Notes: generated by a model not told the origin, from the sequence alone. 64,000 nt of DNA from Candidatus Hydrogenedentota bacterium (GCA_045863335.1 BTVY01000007.1:96001-160000); one strand, 5' to 3'; positions 10,242 to 20,328 are shown, counted from the stretch's first letter. Translations and numbers: made by a program.

Positions 10242-10603
10242 GATGAATACCCTTGAACTGGCCGGAAGAGTGAGGTTACCTGCGCTCTCCAATCCCAGTC
10301 TGTCCCATTAATTGTGTCAGGATACGGCCGATTTTGGCAACGTCCGGGACGAAGTTTTTGTGGGAACGGAGGATCTCTACGGTTGATTCTGGGGCGAATC
10401 CCGTGCAAAATACGTTCGCCGACAAGTATTTACCTCTACGTGCGCGAACACGCGAGGCTGAGGTTTCCACGAATGGGCTGGGGGAACGGCGGAGCAGCCT
10501 ACGGGCGAGTTGGCGGGTGCGCGATGTTGCGCAATGCGACGCGGGGTTGTGTTACTGTACGAGAATGTCGTTCACTGCGGCCGAACGGAAGGTAGATTAG
10601 CGT

Positions 10604-11329
10604 TTGCGATACGCGATCATATCAGATCTGCATGCCAACCTCGAAGCGGTAGAAGCGGTGCTGCAACGAATTGCACAACATCGGGTCGACCAAATTGTTT
10701 GTCTGGGCGATGTGGTTGGCTACAATGCCAGCCCAAACGAATGTGTCGATCGTGTCCGCGAAGCGGGTATCCCCACGATTTGTGGCAATCACGACGCCGT
10801 GGCTTGCGGTATCGAGGAACCCTGGGGGTTCAATCCGGTTGCCCTCCATGCGGCACTGTGGACTCGGGAACAATTGACGGAAGACAACCTCGCGTGGATC
10901 AAACACCTCCCCGACAACATTCGCTTCGACCATTTTCTTGCGACCCACGGATCCCCAAGCGACCGCGACTGCTATCTCTTTACGTGGGAGGATGTCGTAC
11001 CGCATCTGTCCTATGTGGAGGATCTCGATTACGATCTGTGCTTTTTCGGCCACACCCATAGCCCGGGCATTTTCTCGGCAGACGGCCTGTATACGGTCGA
11101 CGACAATTCCCGGTTTGCGTTGGGCGAGGGCAAGACGTTCTTCATCAATCCGGGTTCGGTAGGACAACCTCGGGACGGTGACCCGCGGGCGGCCTTCGGC
11201 ATTTTCGATACCGACAAGAATGAGTATGAACATGTCCGCGTGGACTACGACATCCGAAAAGCCGCCGACCGGGTTGTCGAAGCGGGACTCCCCCCGTTCC
11301 TGGGTGAACGTCTGTTCTTGGGCCGGTAG
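10604..11329 (+). CDS. Calcineurin-like metallophosphoesterase (YfcE/COG0639-like)
   Basis: SDLHAN, LGDVVGY, GNHD, HGSP, GHTH and NPGSVGQPRDGDPRA motifs; TTG start. Confidence 0.92.
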   Translation: MRYAIISDLHANLEAVEAVLQRIAQHRVDQIVCLGDVVGYNASPNECVDRVREAGIPTICGNHDAVACGIEEPWGFNPVALHAALWTREQLTEDNLAWIKHLPDNIRFDHFLATHGSPSDRDCYLFTWEDVVPHLSYVEDLDYDLCFFGHTHSPGIFSADGLYTVDDNSRFALGEGKTFFINPGSVGQPRDGDPRAAFGIFDTDKNEYEHVRVDYDIRKAADRVVEAGLPPFLGERLFLGR

Positions 11330-11404
11330 GCATAGACCTCGGTATCAGGGGTCCAGGACGACGCCGCGGAACGCGGCGGCATCGTTGAAAGAAGGAGTTG
11401 CCAA

Positions 11405-11995
11405 GTGCGAACAAGCGAGGTCGTACGCGACACGAATGAGACGAAGATTCGCGTGGCCGTTGCGCTAGACGGAACGGGCGCGTCAGATTTGGAAACGGGG
11501 ATCGGGTTCTTCGACCACATGTTGAACCATGTGGCCCGGCACGGGCTATTCGACCTCACCGTGAAAGCCAAAGGTGACCTCGAGATCGACGGGCACCACA
11601 CGGTCGAGGACGTGGGGATCAGCCTCGGAAAAGCGTTCCTGCAGGCATTGGGCGACATGAAGGGCATCGCGCGCTTCGGTCATGCGGTTATTCCCATGGA
11701 CGAGGTGTTGGCCGAAGTCGCCATCGATTTCAGCGGGCGCCCATTCTTGTCGTTCCAGGCGGACTTGCCGCGGGGGCGCGTCGGGGAGTTTGATTCGGAA
11801 CTGACGGAAGAGTTCTTCCGCGCATTCGCAGTCAACAGCCGCAGCACGCTGCATATCGTCCTTCGCCGGGGCGGCAACCTTCACCACTGCATCGAAGGGA
11901 TATTCAAGGCCTTCGCACGCGCCCTGGATCGCGCCACTCAACTCGACCTCCGAATTGAGGGGGTGCCGTCGACCAAGGGCATGTTGGAAACCTGA
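11405..11995 (+). CDS. hisB: Imidazoleglycerol-phosphate dehydratase (monofunctional)
   Basis: RDTNET, TGIGFFDHML, GDLEIDGHHTVED, PMDE, NLHHCIEGIFKAF and PSTKG motifs; AAGGAG RBS. Confidence 0.97.
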   Translation: MRTSEVVRDTNETKIRVAVALDGTGASDLETGIGFFDHMLNHVARHGLFDLTVKAKGDLEIDGHHTVEDVGISLGKAFLQALGDMKGIARFGHAVIPMDEVLAEVAIDFSGRPFLSFQADLPRGRVGEFDSELTEEFFRAFAVNSRSTLHIVLRRGGNLHHCIEGIFKAFARALDRATQLDLRIEGVPSTKGMLET

Positions 11996-12025
11996 CGTGG
12001 GCGACGGCGCGGGGCGTGACTTCGC

Positions 12026-12949
12026 ATGAATCGAGAATTCACGGCCGGCGTGTCGCCGGAACGCGGCGAGAACGCGGATAGCGCACCATATTCCCCCACG
12101 GACGATTGCGTCGGCGTGTTGATCGTCAACCGCAACAAGCGGGACTATCTTCTGCGCGCGCTTGAGCATGTCTTCGCCTCCACGCACCCACACCTCAAGG
12201 TCGTTGTGGCCGATGACCATTCAGTCGACGATTCGGTCGCCGCGGTTCGCGAGCGGCACCCGGATGTGCATGTCATAGTGACACACGAACGGCGGGGTGC
12301 GCCCGGCATTCGAAACGACGGGATTCAACCTTTGCTGGAGGATTCGTCCGTCCGCTTCGTGGTGTTCCTGGACAATGATGCGTTCGTCGATCCCGGTGCT
12401 ATTTCCGCGATGATGGAGGCCGCAAACCGCGACCCCTCGATTGGAATCGTCGCACCAAAGGCTTTCCGCAATCGATCGGAGCGAATCCTGTATTCCGCCG
12501 GCGAACTTCGCGTCAATTTCTGCACCGGGACCGTGCGTGATGTGGGCGCCGGAGAGGTGGACAAAGGCCAGCACGACGTGGCCCGTGCCATTCAAGCCTG
12601 CGCTTCGTTCGCCATGCTGGTGCGCCGGGAGGTTATCGAGGTTTGCGACGGATTCGATGAAGCCTTCTATCCCTATGGATGGGAGGATGTGGACTTCACG
12701 CTGCGCGCGCGACAGCACGGGTACACGATATGGTACGCTCCGGCCGCGACGGTGGAGCACCTCGGTGGAAAGATGGGGCGCGGTCTGGTACTTGACTACG
12801 AAATCGCGAAGGCAAGAAACCTCTTCCGGCTCATGGCCCGCCACGCCTCGTGGCTGCAGTGGGTTAGCTTCCTTATTGTCCTGCCATGGCGCGCAGCGCT
12901 CATGGTCCTTTCACGAATCCTTGGCCGTGTTATGATAGGGTCCAGGTAG
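12026..12949 (+). CDS. Glycosyltransferase family 2
   Basis: VVADDHSVDDS, FLDNDA and GFDEAFYPYGWEDVDFTLR motifs. Confidence 0.9.
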   Translation: MNREFTAGVSPERGENADSAPYSPTDDCVGVLIVNRNKRDYLLRALEHVFASTHPHLKVVVADDHSVDDSVAAVRERHPDVHVIVTHERRGAPGIRNDGIQPLLEDSSVRFVVFLDNDAFVDPGAISAMMEAANRDPSIGIVAPKAFRNRSERILYSAGELRVNFCTGTVRDVGAGEVDKGQHDVARAIQACASFAMLVRREVIEVCDGFDEAFYPYGWEDVDFTLRARQHGYTIWYAPAATVEHLGGKMGRGLVLDYEIAKARNLFRLMARHASWLQWVSFLIVLPWRAALMVLSRILGRVMIGSR

Positions 12950-13018
12950 GCCGTTACTTAGCAGACACATCAGCCGGACCAAAATGGGCAATTGGGCCGG
13001 ACGTTGGGGAGAGTGACC

Positions 13019-14596
13019 ATGTCATTGCGCGTACTTGCGTTGTCCGTCGAGACAGCCAGCCCGGAAGCGATAGACCGCGGTTGTGCGGAAGGGTTCATGC
13101 CGAACCTGAGCGCGCTTCGCGAACGTGGCGCCTACGGCCCGCTGGAGAGTGTTTCAAACATCTCGAGCGGTTCCATTTGGCCTTCCATGTATACGGGCTG
13201 CATGCCGTCGAAACACGGCATCGCAAATTTTCATATGCATTTCGTGAACGGGACCTACCACATCGACCGGTACGGTCCCAACCAGGTGATGCGGCCCGCC
13301 GTGTGGGACCATCTGGCGAAAGCCGGAAAACGATCGGTCATCATGGACGTTCCATTAACGCGACCGCACCCCGGAATGAACGGAATCATGATCTCCGCGT
13401 GGGGAGTCGAAGGTCCCGCGTGGCGACGTCAGACGCACCCCTCCGAGTTGCTGAGGCAATTGGATCGCCAATTCGGACCCTATCCGCTGCCGAACGACGA
13501 TTACCGCCGAAGCATCCGCTCCACAGAGTTGGACAAGGTGCGCGAGCTACGTGACATCCTGTTCAATGGCATGCGCCTGAAAACCCGCGTGTTGAAACAC
13601 CTCATGAGAACCGAACCGTGGGATTTCGTTCTGGGCGTATTCTCAGAAACCCATTGGGCGGACCACGTCATGTATCACGTCATCGATCCGGCCCATCCGG
13701 ATTACCGTCCGGAGTTCAAGGATGAGTTCGGGAGTTTCTTCGAAGACTTGTTCGCCCTGCAGGACGCATGCATTGGCGAACTGATCGACGGTCTCGATGA
13801 CGACGTCATCGTGCTGGTGTTCTCGGGTTCGGGGGTCCGCCCCAGTTACTACGGAAATCACCTTCTGCCCGACGTGCTCGAGCGACTCGGGTACGGTTCT
13901 GGCCCGGGCGGCGCGCCGGAACCAGAGGAAAGTGCCGAGTCCACGAAATCCTGGAGTTACTATCGCATCCGGCAGATTCAAGATACCGTCTCCACTCCGG
14001 TCATCATGACCCTGAAGAAGCTCGCACCAACGCGCCTTTGGGAGAAGTGGACGCGGCGGCTGATTTTTGCCCGGGAACGCTGGGCCGATAGCCGGGCGTT
14101 CTGTCTTCCCAACGACTACTGCGGCAGCATTCGCATCAACCTCGAAGGGCGCGAGCCCAACGGCAAAGTGCGGAAAAACGAATACGACGCGGTCTGCGCC
14201 GAACTGACCAACGAAATGCTGGCGCTAGAGAATCCGGACACCGGCAGTCCCGCAGTGGAAGCGGTCTTGAAGATTCGCGAGTGCTGCCCCGGCGAGCACG
14301 CGGATCGCCTGCCCGATCTTTCTGTAGTCTGGTCGGACAAGCACCCCATTCGCGCACTGCGATCTCCGCGCGTGGGCACGGTGCGCGGAGAAAACCCCGA
14401 ACGCAGGCCCGGCGCCCACAGCAATGTCGGTTTCGTTACCGCGGCGGGACGCGGAGTCCGCGCCGGCGCACCGCTCGAAAACGCCCGGCTCATCGACCTC
14501 GCGCCTACAGTGCTTCACGCGATGGGGATCGAGCCAGGGGAGGAGATGGACGGCCGGCCGCTGCCCCTATGGGACCGGGTCGCAGTGCCGAATTGA
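13019..14596 (+). CDS. Alkaline phosphatase superfamily / nucleotide pyrophosphatase-phosphodiesterase-like protein
   Basis: G.MPNL..L...G..G.L.S, WPSMYTG..PSKHGI, IRINLEGREPNG, GAH and LIDLAPTVLH motifs. Confidence 0.8.
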   Translation: MSLRVLALSVETASPEAIDRGCAEGFMPNLSALRERGAYGPLESVSNISSGSIWPSMYTGCMPSKHGIANFHMHFVNGTYHIDRYGPNQVMRPAVWDHLAKAGKRSVIMDVPLTRPHPGMNGIMISAWGVEGPAWRRQTHPSELLRQLDRQFGPYPLPNDDYRRSIRSTELDKVRELRDILFNGMRLKTRVLKHLMRTEPWDFVLGVFSETHWADHVMYHVIDPAHPDYRPEFKDEFGSFFEDLFALQDACIGELIDGLDDDVIVLVFSGSGVRPSYYGNHLLPDVLERLGYGSGPGGAPEPEESAESTKSWSYYRIRQIQDTVSTPVIMTLKKLAPTRLWEKWTRRLIFARERWADSRAFCLPNDYCGSIRINLEGREPNGKVRKNEYDAVCAELTNEMLALENPDTGSPAVEAVLKIRECCPGEHADRLPDLSVVWSDKHPIRALRSPRVGTVRGENPERRPGAHSNVGFVTAAGRGVRAGAPLENARLIDLAPTVLHAMGIEPGEEMDGRPLPLWDRVAVPN

Positions 14597-14657
14597 TCCG
14601 GTTCGGGAATCGCTCCATTCGTCCGCTACGGCGTCGTAATCGAGCGCATACGACGGC

Positions 14658-14686
14658 GTGACAACCCCGTGTGCCTTCGTTATAAT
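14658..14686 (+). promoter_or_regulatory. Sigma70-type promoter for the USP-HDOD genes
   Basis: GTGACA-17 bp-TATAAT about 60 nt upstream of ATG 14746. Confidence 0.6.
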
Positions 14687-14745
14687 AATCATTCGCAAGT
14701 GCGGTTAGACCGACGACCCGGGAAGGAGTTCAAGAGCGCCGTTTT

Positions 14746-15579
14746 ATGATTAAGCACATTCTTGTACCTACCGACGGCAGCGAGCAAGCGGTATGTGGCG
14801 TGCGGTACGCAGTCGCGGTTGCCAAGCAGTACGGCGCTAAAATCCACGGCTTGCATGTAATTGACCTGAAACTCCTGGAAGGTCCGATTCTGCGCGACGT
14901 ATCGGCCTCCCTCGGCACGGCGCCCTACGCGAACTACGAGGGCAACATCAGCATGATCCTCGAAGAACGCGGAAAGGTCGCGCTCCAAGTATGCGAGCGG
15001 CTGGCCAAGGAATCCGGCGTGGACGTTACCGTCCAGAATGTTACCGGGCTTGTCGAGCGCACGATTCTCGAAAAGAGCGAGCTGGTCGACCTGGTCGTGA
15101 TGGGCCGTAGTGGGGAACACAGCGAGTGGCTGGAAGGCGTGCTTGGTTCAACGACGGAATCGGTGGTGCGCCGGACTACAAAGCCCGTGCTGGTAACCGG
15201 CCGGGAGACGCCCGGCAACGATCGTTTTGTCATCGCCTACGACGGCTCCACCCATGCACGGCGCGCGCTGAGCGTTGCCGCGGACGTGAGTGGCAGTTGG
15301 AAGGCTCCGCTGGACGTGCTCGTCGTGGGAAATGGAACCAAGTCGGAAGCGGCGGTAGCGGAAGCGCGCAATTACCTTGAACCTCACGAGCTTACGGTCC
15401 GTTACGTGCTGCGGGAGGGCGACCCGAGCGAGGTCATCGTTGGCTACGCCCGGGAATGCAACGCGGATTTGCTTGTGATGGGCGCCTACGGGCACACCAA
15501 AGTGCGGGCATTGGTTGTGGGAAGCACGACTGCGTACGCCATGAATCACGCGCCGTGCCCGCTCCTCCTCACCCGATAA
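14746..15579 (+). CDS. Tandem-domain universal stress protein
   Basis: IKHILVPTDGS, DLVVMGRSG...LGSTTE, IAYDGS and DLLVMGAYGH...VGSTT motifs. Confidence 0.93.
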   Translation: MIKHILVPTDGSEQAVCGVRYAVAVAKQYGAKIHGLHVIDLKLLEGPILRDVSASLGTAPYANYEGNISMILEERGKVALQVCERLAKESGVDVTVQNVTGLVERTILEKSELVDLVVMGRSGEHSEWLEGVLGSTTESVVRRTTKPVLVTGRETPGNDRFVIAYDGSTHARRALSVAADVSGSWKAPLDVLVVGNGTKSEAAVAEARNYLEPHELTVRYVLREGDPSEVIVGYARECNADLLVMGAYGHTKVRALVVGSTTAYAMNHAPCPLLLTR

Positions 15580-15606
15580 CGGCAACACGAAGGAACGCGA
15601 ACGCAA

Positions 15607-16479
15607 ATGGAACCGATTCGGAATCTTGATCAGATTATCGAGCGCGTCGGCGATCTTCCGGCAATCCCGGAAGTGGTCGCCGAGGTGCTCAGGGCGACCG
15701 ACGATCCGTTGGTCGATATGGCGGATGTGACTGAGATCATCGAGCGGGACCCTGCGATGACGGCGAAGATACTTCGCATCAGCAATTCGCCCTACTACGG
15801 AATGAAACAGTACGTGGGCACCCTCAAACTCGCCCTGGTGATCCTGGGCGTCCGGGAAGTGCGAAACATCGTCCTCGGAGTGTCTGTATTCGACACGTTG
15901 AAGGATGGAAAGCACAACAAGCTGATACCCGATTCGTTTTGGAACCACTCCTTTCTCGTCGGTGGTCTGTCGAAACAATTGGCGACCACCATGCGCCTGG
16001 GCATGCACGGTGAAGCCTTCATCTGCGGGCTCTTGCACGATATGGGCAAACTCGTCTTGCTCCGGCAAATGTCGACGCCGTATGCGAAGCTGCTGGAATC
16101 GGCGCGGGAACGCCCGGAGTCGCTCTGCGAAGCCGAAGTCTCCCAGTATGGGTTCACCCATGCCGACGCGGCGGCCGCGCTCGCCGAGCGGTGGAACTTC
16201 CCGAAGACCCTTGCCGACGCGATCCATCTCCACCATCCGGCCCGCGATACGGCACTGAGCACCGCAAAGGACCCCAAGCTCGCCGCCATCGTAAGGCTTG
16301 CCAACGTTGCCGTGCACGAGGATCTGGATGAAGCGGATGGTCCTTCCGCGGCAACGTCGGACAGCGAGATCTGGACCGTCCTCAGCGCCTCGCCGGCTCC
16401 AATCGATGCTGCCGATCGCCGCAAGGTATTGGCGGAAATGATCGAGGAACTGAAAGGCAATCCGACGCCCCAGTTCTGA
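15607..16479 (+). CDS. HDOD domain signal-transduction protein
   Basis: LPAIPEV, DPAMTAKILRISNSPYYG, FWNHS, GLLHDMGK, HADA and WNFP..L..AI..HH motifs. Confidence 0.92.
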   Translation: MEPIRNLDQIIERVGDLPAIPEVVAEVLRATDDPLVDMADVTEIIERDPAMTAKILRISNSPYYGMKQYVGTLKLALVILGVREVRNIVLGVSVFDTLKDGKHNKLIPDSFWNHSFLVGGLSKQLATTMRLGMHGEAFICGLLHDMGKLVLLRQMSTPYAKLLESARERPESLCEAEVSQYGFTHADAAAALAERWNFPKTLADAIHLHHPARDTALSTAKDPKLAAIVRLANVAVHEDLDEADGPSAATSDSEIWTVLSASPAPIDAADRRKVLAEMIEELKGNPTPQF

Positions 16480-16548
16480 CGGTTGAACACCAAGCATTCG
16501 GCCCTCCACTTCACGGTGCGCGGGGTCTTCAGGAGTCAGTACACCACC

Positions 16549-16809
16549 ATGGCAAAGAAGGAACGAATTCCAATCCAACGCTCGGACGGCTTGGAATCGA
16601 TTGATTTGGAACTGGACGAAGCGCTTGGCAGATTGGACGGCGCCAACGAGCGGATCGTGAACCTGTTGCAGTCTATCGAAACGGCAAATGCCGCCGACGA
16701 GACGAAGGTTTATGCGGAAGAAGGCGACGACGACGAGGAGCATGTCGAACCGGCGGCAAACGAACCGCCGGAGTCGTCGGATGAGAACGCCCGAACTCCC
16801 GCTGAATGA
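16549..16809 (+). CDS. Small acidic hypothetical protein (coiled coil plus acidic tail)
   Basis: 86-aa ORF MAKKERIPIQRSDGLESIDLELDEAL..., CAGGAG upstream, co-oriented after the HDOD gene. Confidence 0.6.
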   Translation: MAKKERIPIQRSDGLESIDLELDEALGRLDGANERIVNLLQSIETANAADETKVYAEEGDDDEEHVEPAANEPPESSDENARTPAE

Positions 16810-16884
16810 GGTTGCGATCCTGAGCGCTCGATTCCCCCGCGGGCGTGTCGATTCGCGGAGGAACCACCGCGTCCCGTTATCCAA

Positions 16885-16939
16885 ATCGGGATCGATATCG
16901 AAGCATGTTCCCGATGCCGATTTCGATGTTGATTTTGAC
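16885..16939. repeat. ATCGNN hexamer inverted-repeat element
   Basis: ATCGGG ATCGAT ATCGAA followed by CCCGAT GCCGAT TTCGAT GTTGAT; same unit at 47045-47085. Confidence 0.55.
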
Positions 16940-16995
16940 ACGGGCAAATGCGCAGCAGCCAATCGGAACAATCGGCCAATTGCGCTCAGTTGGCA

Positions 16996-18207
16996 ATGAG
17001 CGGCGAGACGCACGTAGTGACCATCCCTATTGACACTGCACCCGCCGAGAACGGCGCACTCAAGATTCTTATGACCGATCCCCATCTCAAAGGCGGGGGG
17101 CAGGTGCGCTACGTCGTCAATCTTTCCCGGGAACTGGTGCGGTTGGGACACCAGGTGACTATCGGCTGCAAGCCGGACAGCGTACTTGCCGAGGGCGCTC
17201 GCGACGCGGGATGCGGCGTCTTGAACGAATTCAGTTACCGCGGCGGGCTGCGCCCACGCTGCTGGCTGCGCGATATCGCACGAGCACGGCGGTTCATAGC
17301 CGAAGCAAAGCCCGACATTCTTCATGCCAACGGATCGCAGGACCATTGGGTCAGCGCGGTGGCCAACCGGCTCGACGGGTTCCCCGCGACCATGGTGCGA
17401 ACGCGCCACAATACGTACGCGGTCAGCGAAAGCTGGGCAAACGGGACGCTCAATCGCGCGTGGACGGACTACCAGATCGCCGTGTGCGAAGCCGTATTCG
17501 AACTCCGGGCGACCCGGCCGGTGTTCGACGCGACGCGCATGTGCGCGATTCACAATGGCGTCGACCCAGACGCGTTCAAACCGAACCCGGAAACGCGGCG
17601 GCGAATGCGTGGCGCGTTTGGATTCGACGAGGACCAGGTGGTGCTTGGCATGGCCGCACGGCTGACCGAAGCGAAGGGACATCAATTCCTGTTTCGCGCG
17701 GTTACGGGATTGAAAGCGCGGCACCCGGCACTCCGGCTCCTGATTCTCGGACAAGGCGATCTCGAGAGTCACCTCAAGCGCCTTGCCGGCGAACTGGGAA
17801 TCGCCGACATTACGACCTTCGCCGGTTTCCGCACTGATATTGCAAACTGCGTGCAGGCTTTCGATGTCGGTGTACAACCGTCCATCGACTGCGAGGCGTC
17901 CTCCTTCAGCGTAATGGAACAGATGGCGACCGAGGTGCCCATGGTAGCTTCCGACCACGGCGGCACCAAGGAGATCGTGCGCGACGGCCAGGACGGCTAC
18001 ATCGTCCCGCAGGGGACGGTGGAGCCGCTCGCAGAAGCGCTTGAGAAACTGATGGCCGATCCCGCCCTGCGAAAACAAATGGGGGTCTCCGCGCGGCAAC
18101 GGATCGCCGAGGAATTCACGCTGACCAAACTCGCCGAACGAACGGTCGCCGCATACCGGCGCGCCCTCGATGTACACGGCGCGCGGCGCCACAATGTTGT
18201 GCCGTGA
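16996..18207 (+). CDS. Glycosyltransferase family 4
   Basis: GGGQVRY, IHNGVD, AARLTEAKGH, GFRTD and EASSFSVME (EX7E) motifs. Confidence 0.92.
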   Translation: MSGETHVVTIPIDTAPAENGALKILMTDPHLKGGGQVRYVVNLSRELVRLGHQVTIGCKPDSVLAEGARDAGCGVLNEFSYRGGLRPRCWLRDIARARRFIAEAKPDILHANGSQDHWVSAVANRLDGFPATMVRTRHNTYAVSESWANGTLNRAWTDYQIAVCEAVFELRATRPVFDATRMCAIHNGVDPDAFKPNPETRRRMRGAFGFDEDQVVLGMAARLTEAKGHQFLFRAVTGLKARHPALRLLILGQGDLESHLKRLAGELGIADITTFAGFRTDIANCVQAFDVGVQPSIDCEASSFSVMEQMATEVPMVASDHGGTKEIVRDGQDGYIVPQGTVEPLAEALEKLMADPALRKQMGVSARQRIAEEFTLTKLAERTVAAYRRALDVHGARRHNVVP

Positions 18208-18290
18208 TAACGCGCGTGCAATTCCACCGGGCCAATCGAAACGCTCCTGCCAAATCGGTAACGCCGTCGCGTCATTGCGCGATGGCGGAC

Positions 18291-18346
18291 TTGTGGTGCA
18301 GGCTTCCAACCTGCGCAGGTCGCCGGGCTGGAAGCCTGCACCACAA
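18291..18346. repeat. REP-like inverted repeat (TTGTGGTGCAGGCTTCCA / TGGAAGCCTGCACCACAA)
   Basis: Perfect 18-bp inverted repeat with a 20-bp spacer in the intergenic gap. Confidence 0.75.
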
Positions 18347-18421
18347 TGCTCACAACGCCGGAATCAGTAGTGAGACCGGTTCACGGAGACAAGGGATGAA
18401 CCCTCCGAAAGGACACTGCGC

Positions 18422-19507
18422 GTGAGGATTCTCCACATCGACGAGCAGCGGGGCTGGCGGGGCGGCGAGCAACAGGCGAGTTATCTCATTCGCGGGCTCG
18501 TTGAAAGAGGCCATGATTGCGCCATCGCGGGCCGCACAGGGAGCGCCTTTGTCACTGCCGACCACGGACCTGGGTTGTTCGAAATCGTGGAAGCGCCCTT
18601 CCGTGGCGAGGCCGACCTTTGGACCGCATTCAAACTTTCGCGCGCCGTGCGCCGCCTGGACATCGACATCCTGCACGCACACACGAGCCACGCGCTGACG
18701 TACGCCGTGCTCGCGCGGAAATTGGCGGGGCGGGGTAAGGTGGTCGCATCGCGCCGGGTGGACTTTCCTCCGCGGCAGAACGCCTTCAGCCGATGGAAGT
18801 ACGGCGCGGCCGACCACATCATCGCCATCTCCGGGAAGATTGCGGAAGTCATGCGGACGTTCGGCGTGCCTGAGTCCCGGCTCAGCGTGGTCTACAGCGG
18901 GATCGACCCGGCACGGCTCGACGTGCCGCCGCTGTCGCGCTCGTCGCTGGGCGTTCCAGAAGGGGTTCCCCTGCTGGGCAATGTGGCGGCGTTGGTGGGG
19001 CATAAGGATCACCAGACCCTGATCGCCGCCATGGCCGAAGTCCTGCGCGCCGTACCCGAGGCACATCTGGTTGTCGCGGGCGAGGGCCCCCTGCGGCCCG
19101 AATTGGAACGGCAGATTGCGGGGTTGAATCTCGGCCACGCCGTACACCTGCTTGGGTTCAGGAATGATGTGCCGGCGATTTTGAAAGCGCTCGACGTCTT
19201 TGTCATGTCCAGCAAGGAAGAAGGCCTGGGCACCTCCGTACTCGACGCCATGGCCGCCGGCGTTCCCGTGGTCGCCACCGCCGCCGGCGGGATTCCCGAA
19301 ATGGTGCGGGACCGGTCGACGGGGCTGCTGGCAACAGCGCGCAACCCGCGGCAGTTGGCGGATCAAGTCATCGAGATGGTCCGCGATTGCCGGCTGGCCG
19401 AGCGGTTGCGCGAGAACGCATTGACGCTCGTGTACGATCGTTTTACAACCAGTGCCATGGTCGCGGGGAATTCCGAGGTGTACGAAAATGTGGTGCGAAG
19501 CGGGTAG
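18422..19507 (+). CDS. Glycosyltransferase family 4
   Basis: GWRGGEQQ, SRRVDF, VAALVGHKDH and EGLGTSVLDAM motifs. Confidence 0.93.
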   Translation: MRILHIDEQRGWRGGEQQASYLIRGLVERGHDCAIAGRTGSAFVTADHGPGLFEIVEAPFRGEADLWTAFKLSRAVRRLDIDILHAHTSHALTYAVLARKLAGRGKVVASRRVDFPPRQNAFSRWKYGAADHIIAISGKIAEVMRTFGVPESRLSVVYSGIDPARLDVPPLSRSSLGVPEGVPLLGNVAALVGHKDHQTLIAAMAEVLRAVPEAHLVVAGEGPLRPELERQIAGLNLGHAVHLLGFRNDVPAILKALDVFVMSSKEEGLGTSVLDAMAAGVPVVATAAGGIPEMVRDRSTGLLATARNPRQLADQVIEMVRDCRLAERLRENALTLVYDRFTTSAMVAGNSEVYENVVRSG

Positions 19508-19634
19508 CCGCTCCAAGTCCAGTACGTGGCCGGGGACGGGATGCCGGTGAACCGAGCATCAGCCGGGCCAGGGTTTCGCGATGGAAGCTTCATTAAAACG
19601 AGGCGTGCTCGCTTACCCGTGCAAGCGAACCAAC

Positions 19635-19663
19635 TTGCAAAGATCCGGAAACTTACCTATACT
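19635..19663 (+). promoter_or_regulatory. Sigma70-type promoter for the small lipoprotein gene
   Basis: TTGCAA-17 bp-TATACT. Confidence 0.65.
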
Positions 19664-19804
19664 GAACCTCGTTTCGTCAGGACATGAATGAGCCTGCAAG
19701 GCTCGCAAGGTCGCTGATGGCGATTCTCAACCGGTTAGACTTTTTCGATGCGTTTAACAACAGCTCCCCGTCCGGTGCGGGGGCCTATTATTCAGGAGGT
19801 GAAT

Positions 19805-20017
19805 ATGTTGAAGAAAATGGTGTTGGGGCTGTGTTCGGTATTGTTGGTGTTCGGCGCTGCCGGTTGTGGCGGCTCGGAGGGTGAAGCTGGCCGTACAAAC
19901 GCGCTCGAGGAAGCCGACAGCCGGCCGGGTCGCGGCCTGAGCAGGGGCGAGCGCGAGCAGCTCGAAGAAGCGCGGCAGGAAGCGCAGCAGGCGCAGGAAG
20001 CCGGCGCAACCGAGTAA
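19805..20017 (+). CDS. Small lipoprotein (70 aa)
   Basis: GGAGGT RBS; MLKK + hydrophobic stretch + lipobox AAGC; charged helical tail. Confidence 0.75.
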   Translation: MLKKMVLGLCSVLLVFGAAGCGGSEGEAGRTNALEEADSRPGRGLSRGEREQLEEARQEAQQAQEAGATE

Positions 20018-20160
20018 GCGTTACCCAGGCATGGCAGATTCATCGCCGTGCCTGATCGGCCGTCGCGCGGCGCGTTCTGGTGCCGAACTACGAAATGTAT
20101 TTGGTAATCCCCGGACTCATATGACGGCCACGGGTGCGTCTCGCGTCCGGCACGAGTGAA

Positions 20161-20206
20161 CGCAGGGGGTTCGTCTGGTGCAACCCAGGGAGCCCCCTGT
20201 GCTTTT
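20161..20206 (+). terminator. Probable Rho-independent terminator
   Basis: CGCAGGGGGTTC...GAGCCCCCTGTG stem followed by CTTTT. Confidence 0.55.
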
Positions 20207-20328
20207 ATGCCCTATCCCCTGCACTCCGTCTGCCAAGTCCTTGCACCGATATTGGGAAGGCACCCACCCGTCTTGAATCCGGATTCCTCATCGTCTCATG
20301 GCACGCGGGGACATGTCGAACCATGTTA

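Noticed and set aside
15148-18309. 1053-aa minus-strand ORF
   Set aside because: It is antisense to four supported plus-strand genes (USP, HDOD, small protein, GT4) and has no recognisable domain. This is a typical high-GC shadow ORF.
19664-19725. CTGATG / CTGACGAAAC resembling a hammerhead ribozyme core
   Set aside because: No stem II separates CUGANGA from GAAA on either strand.
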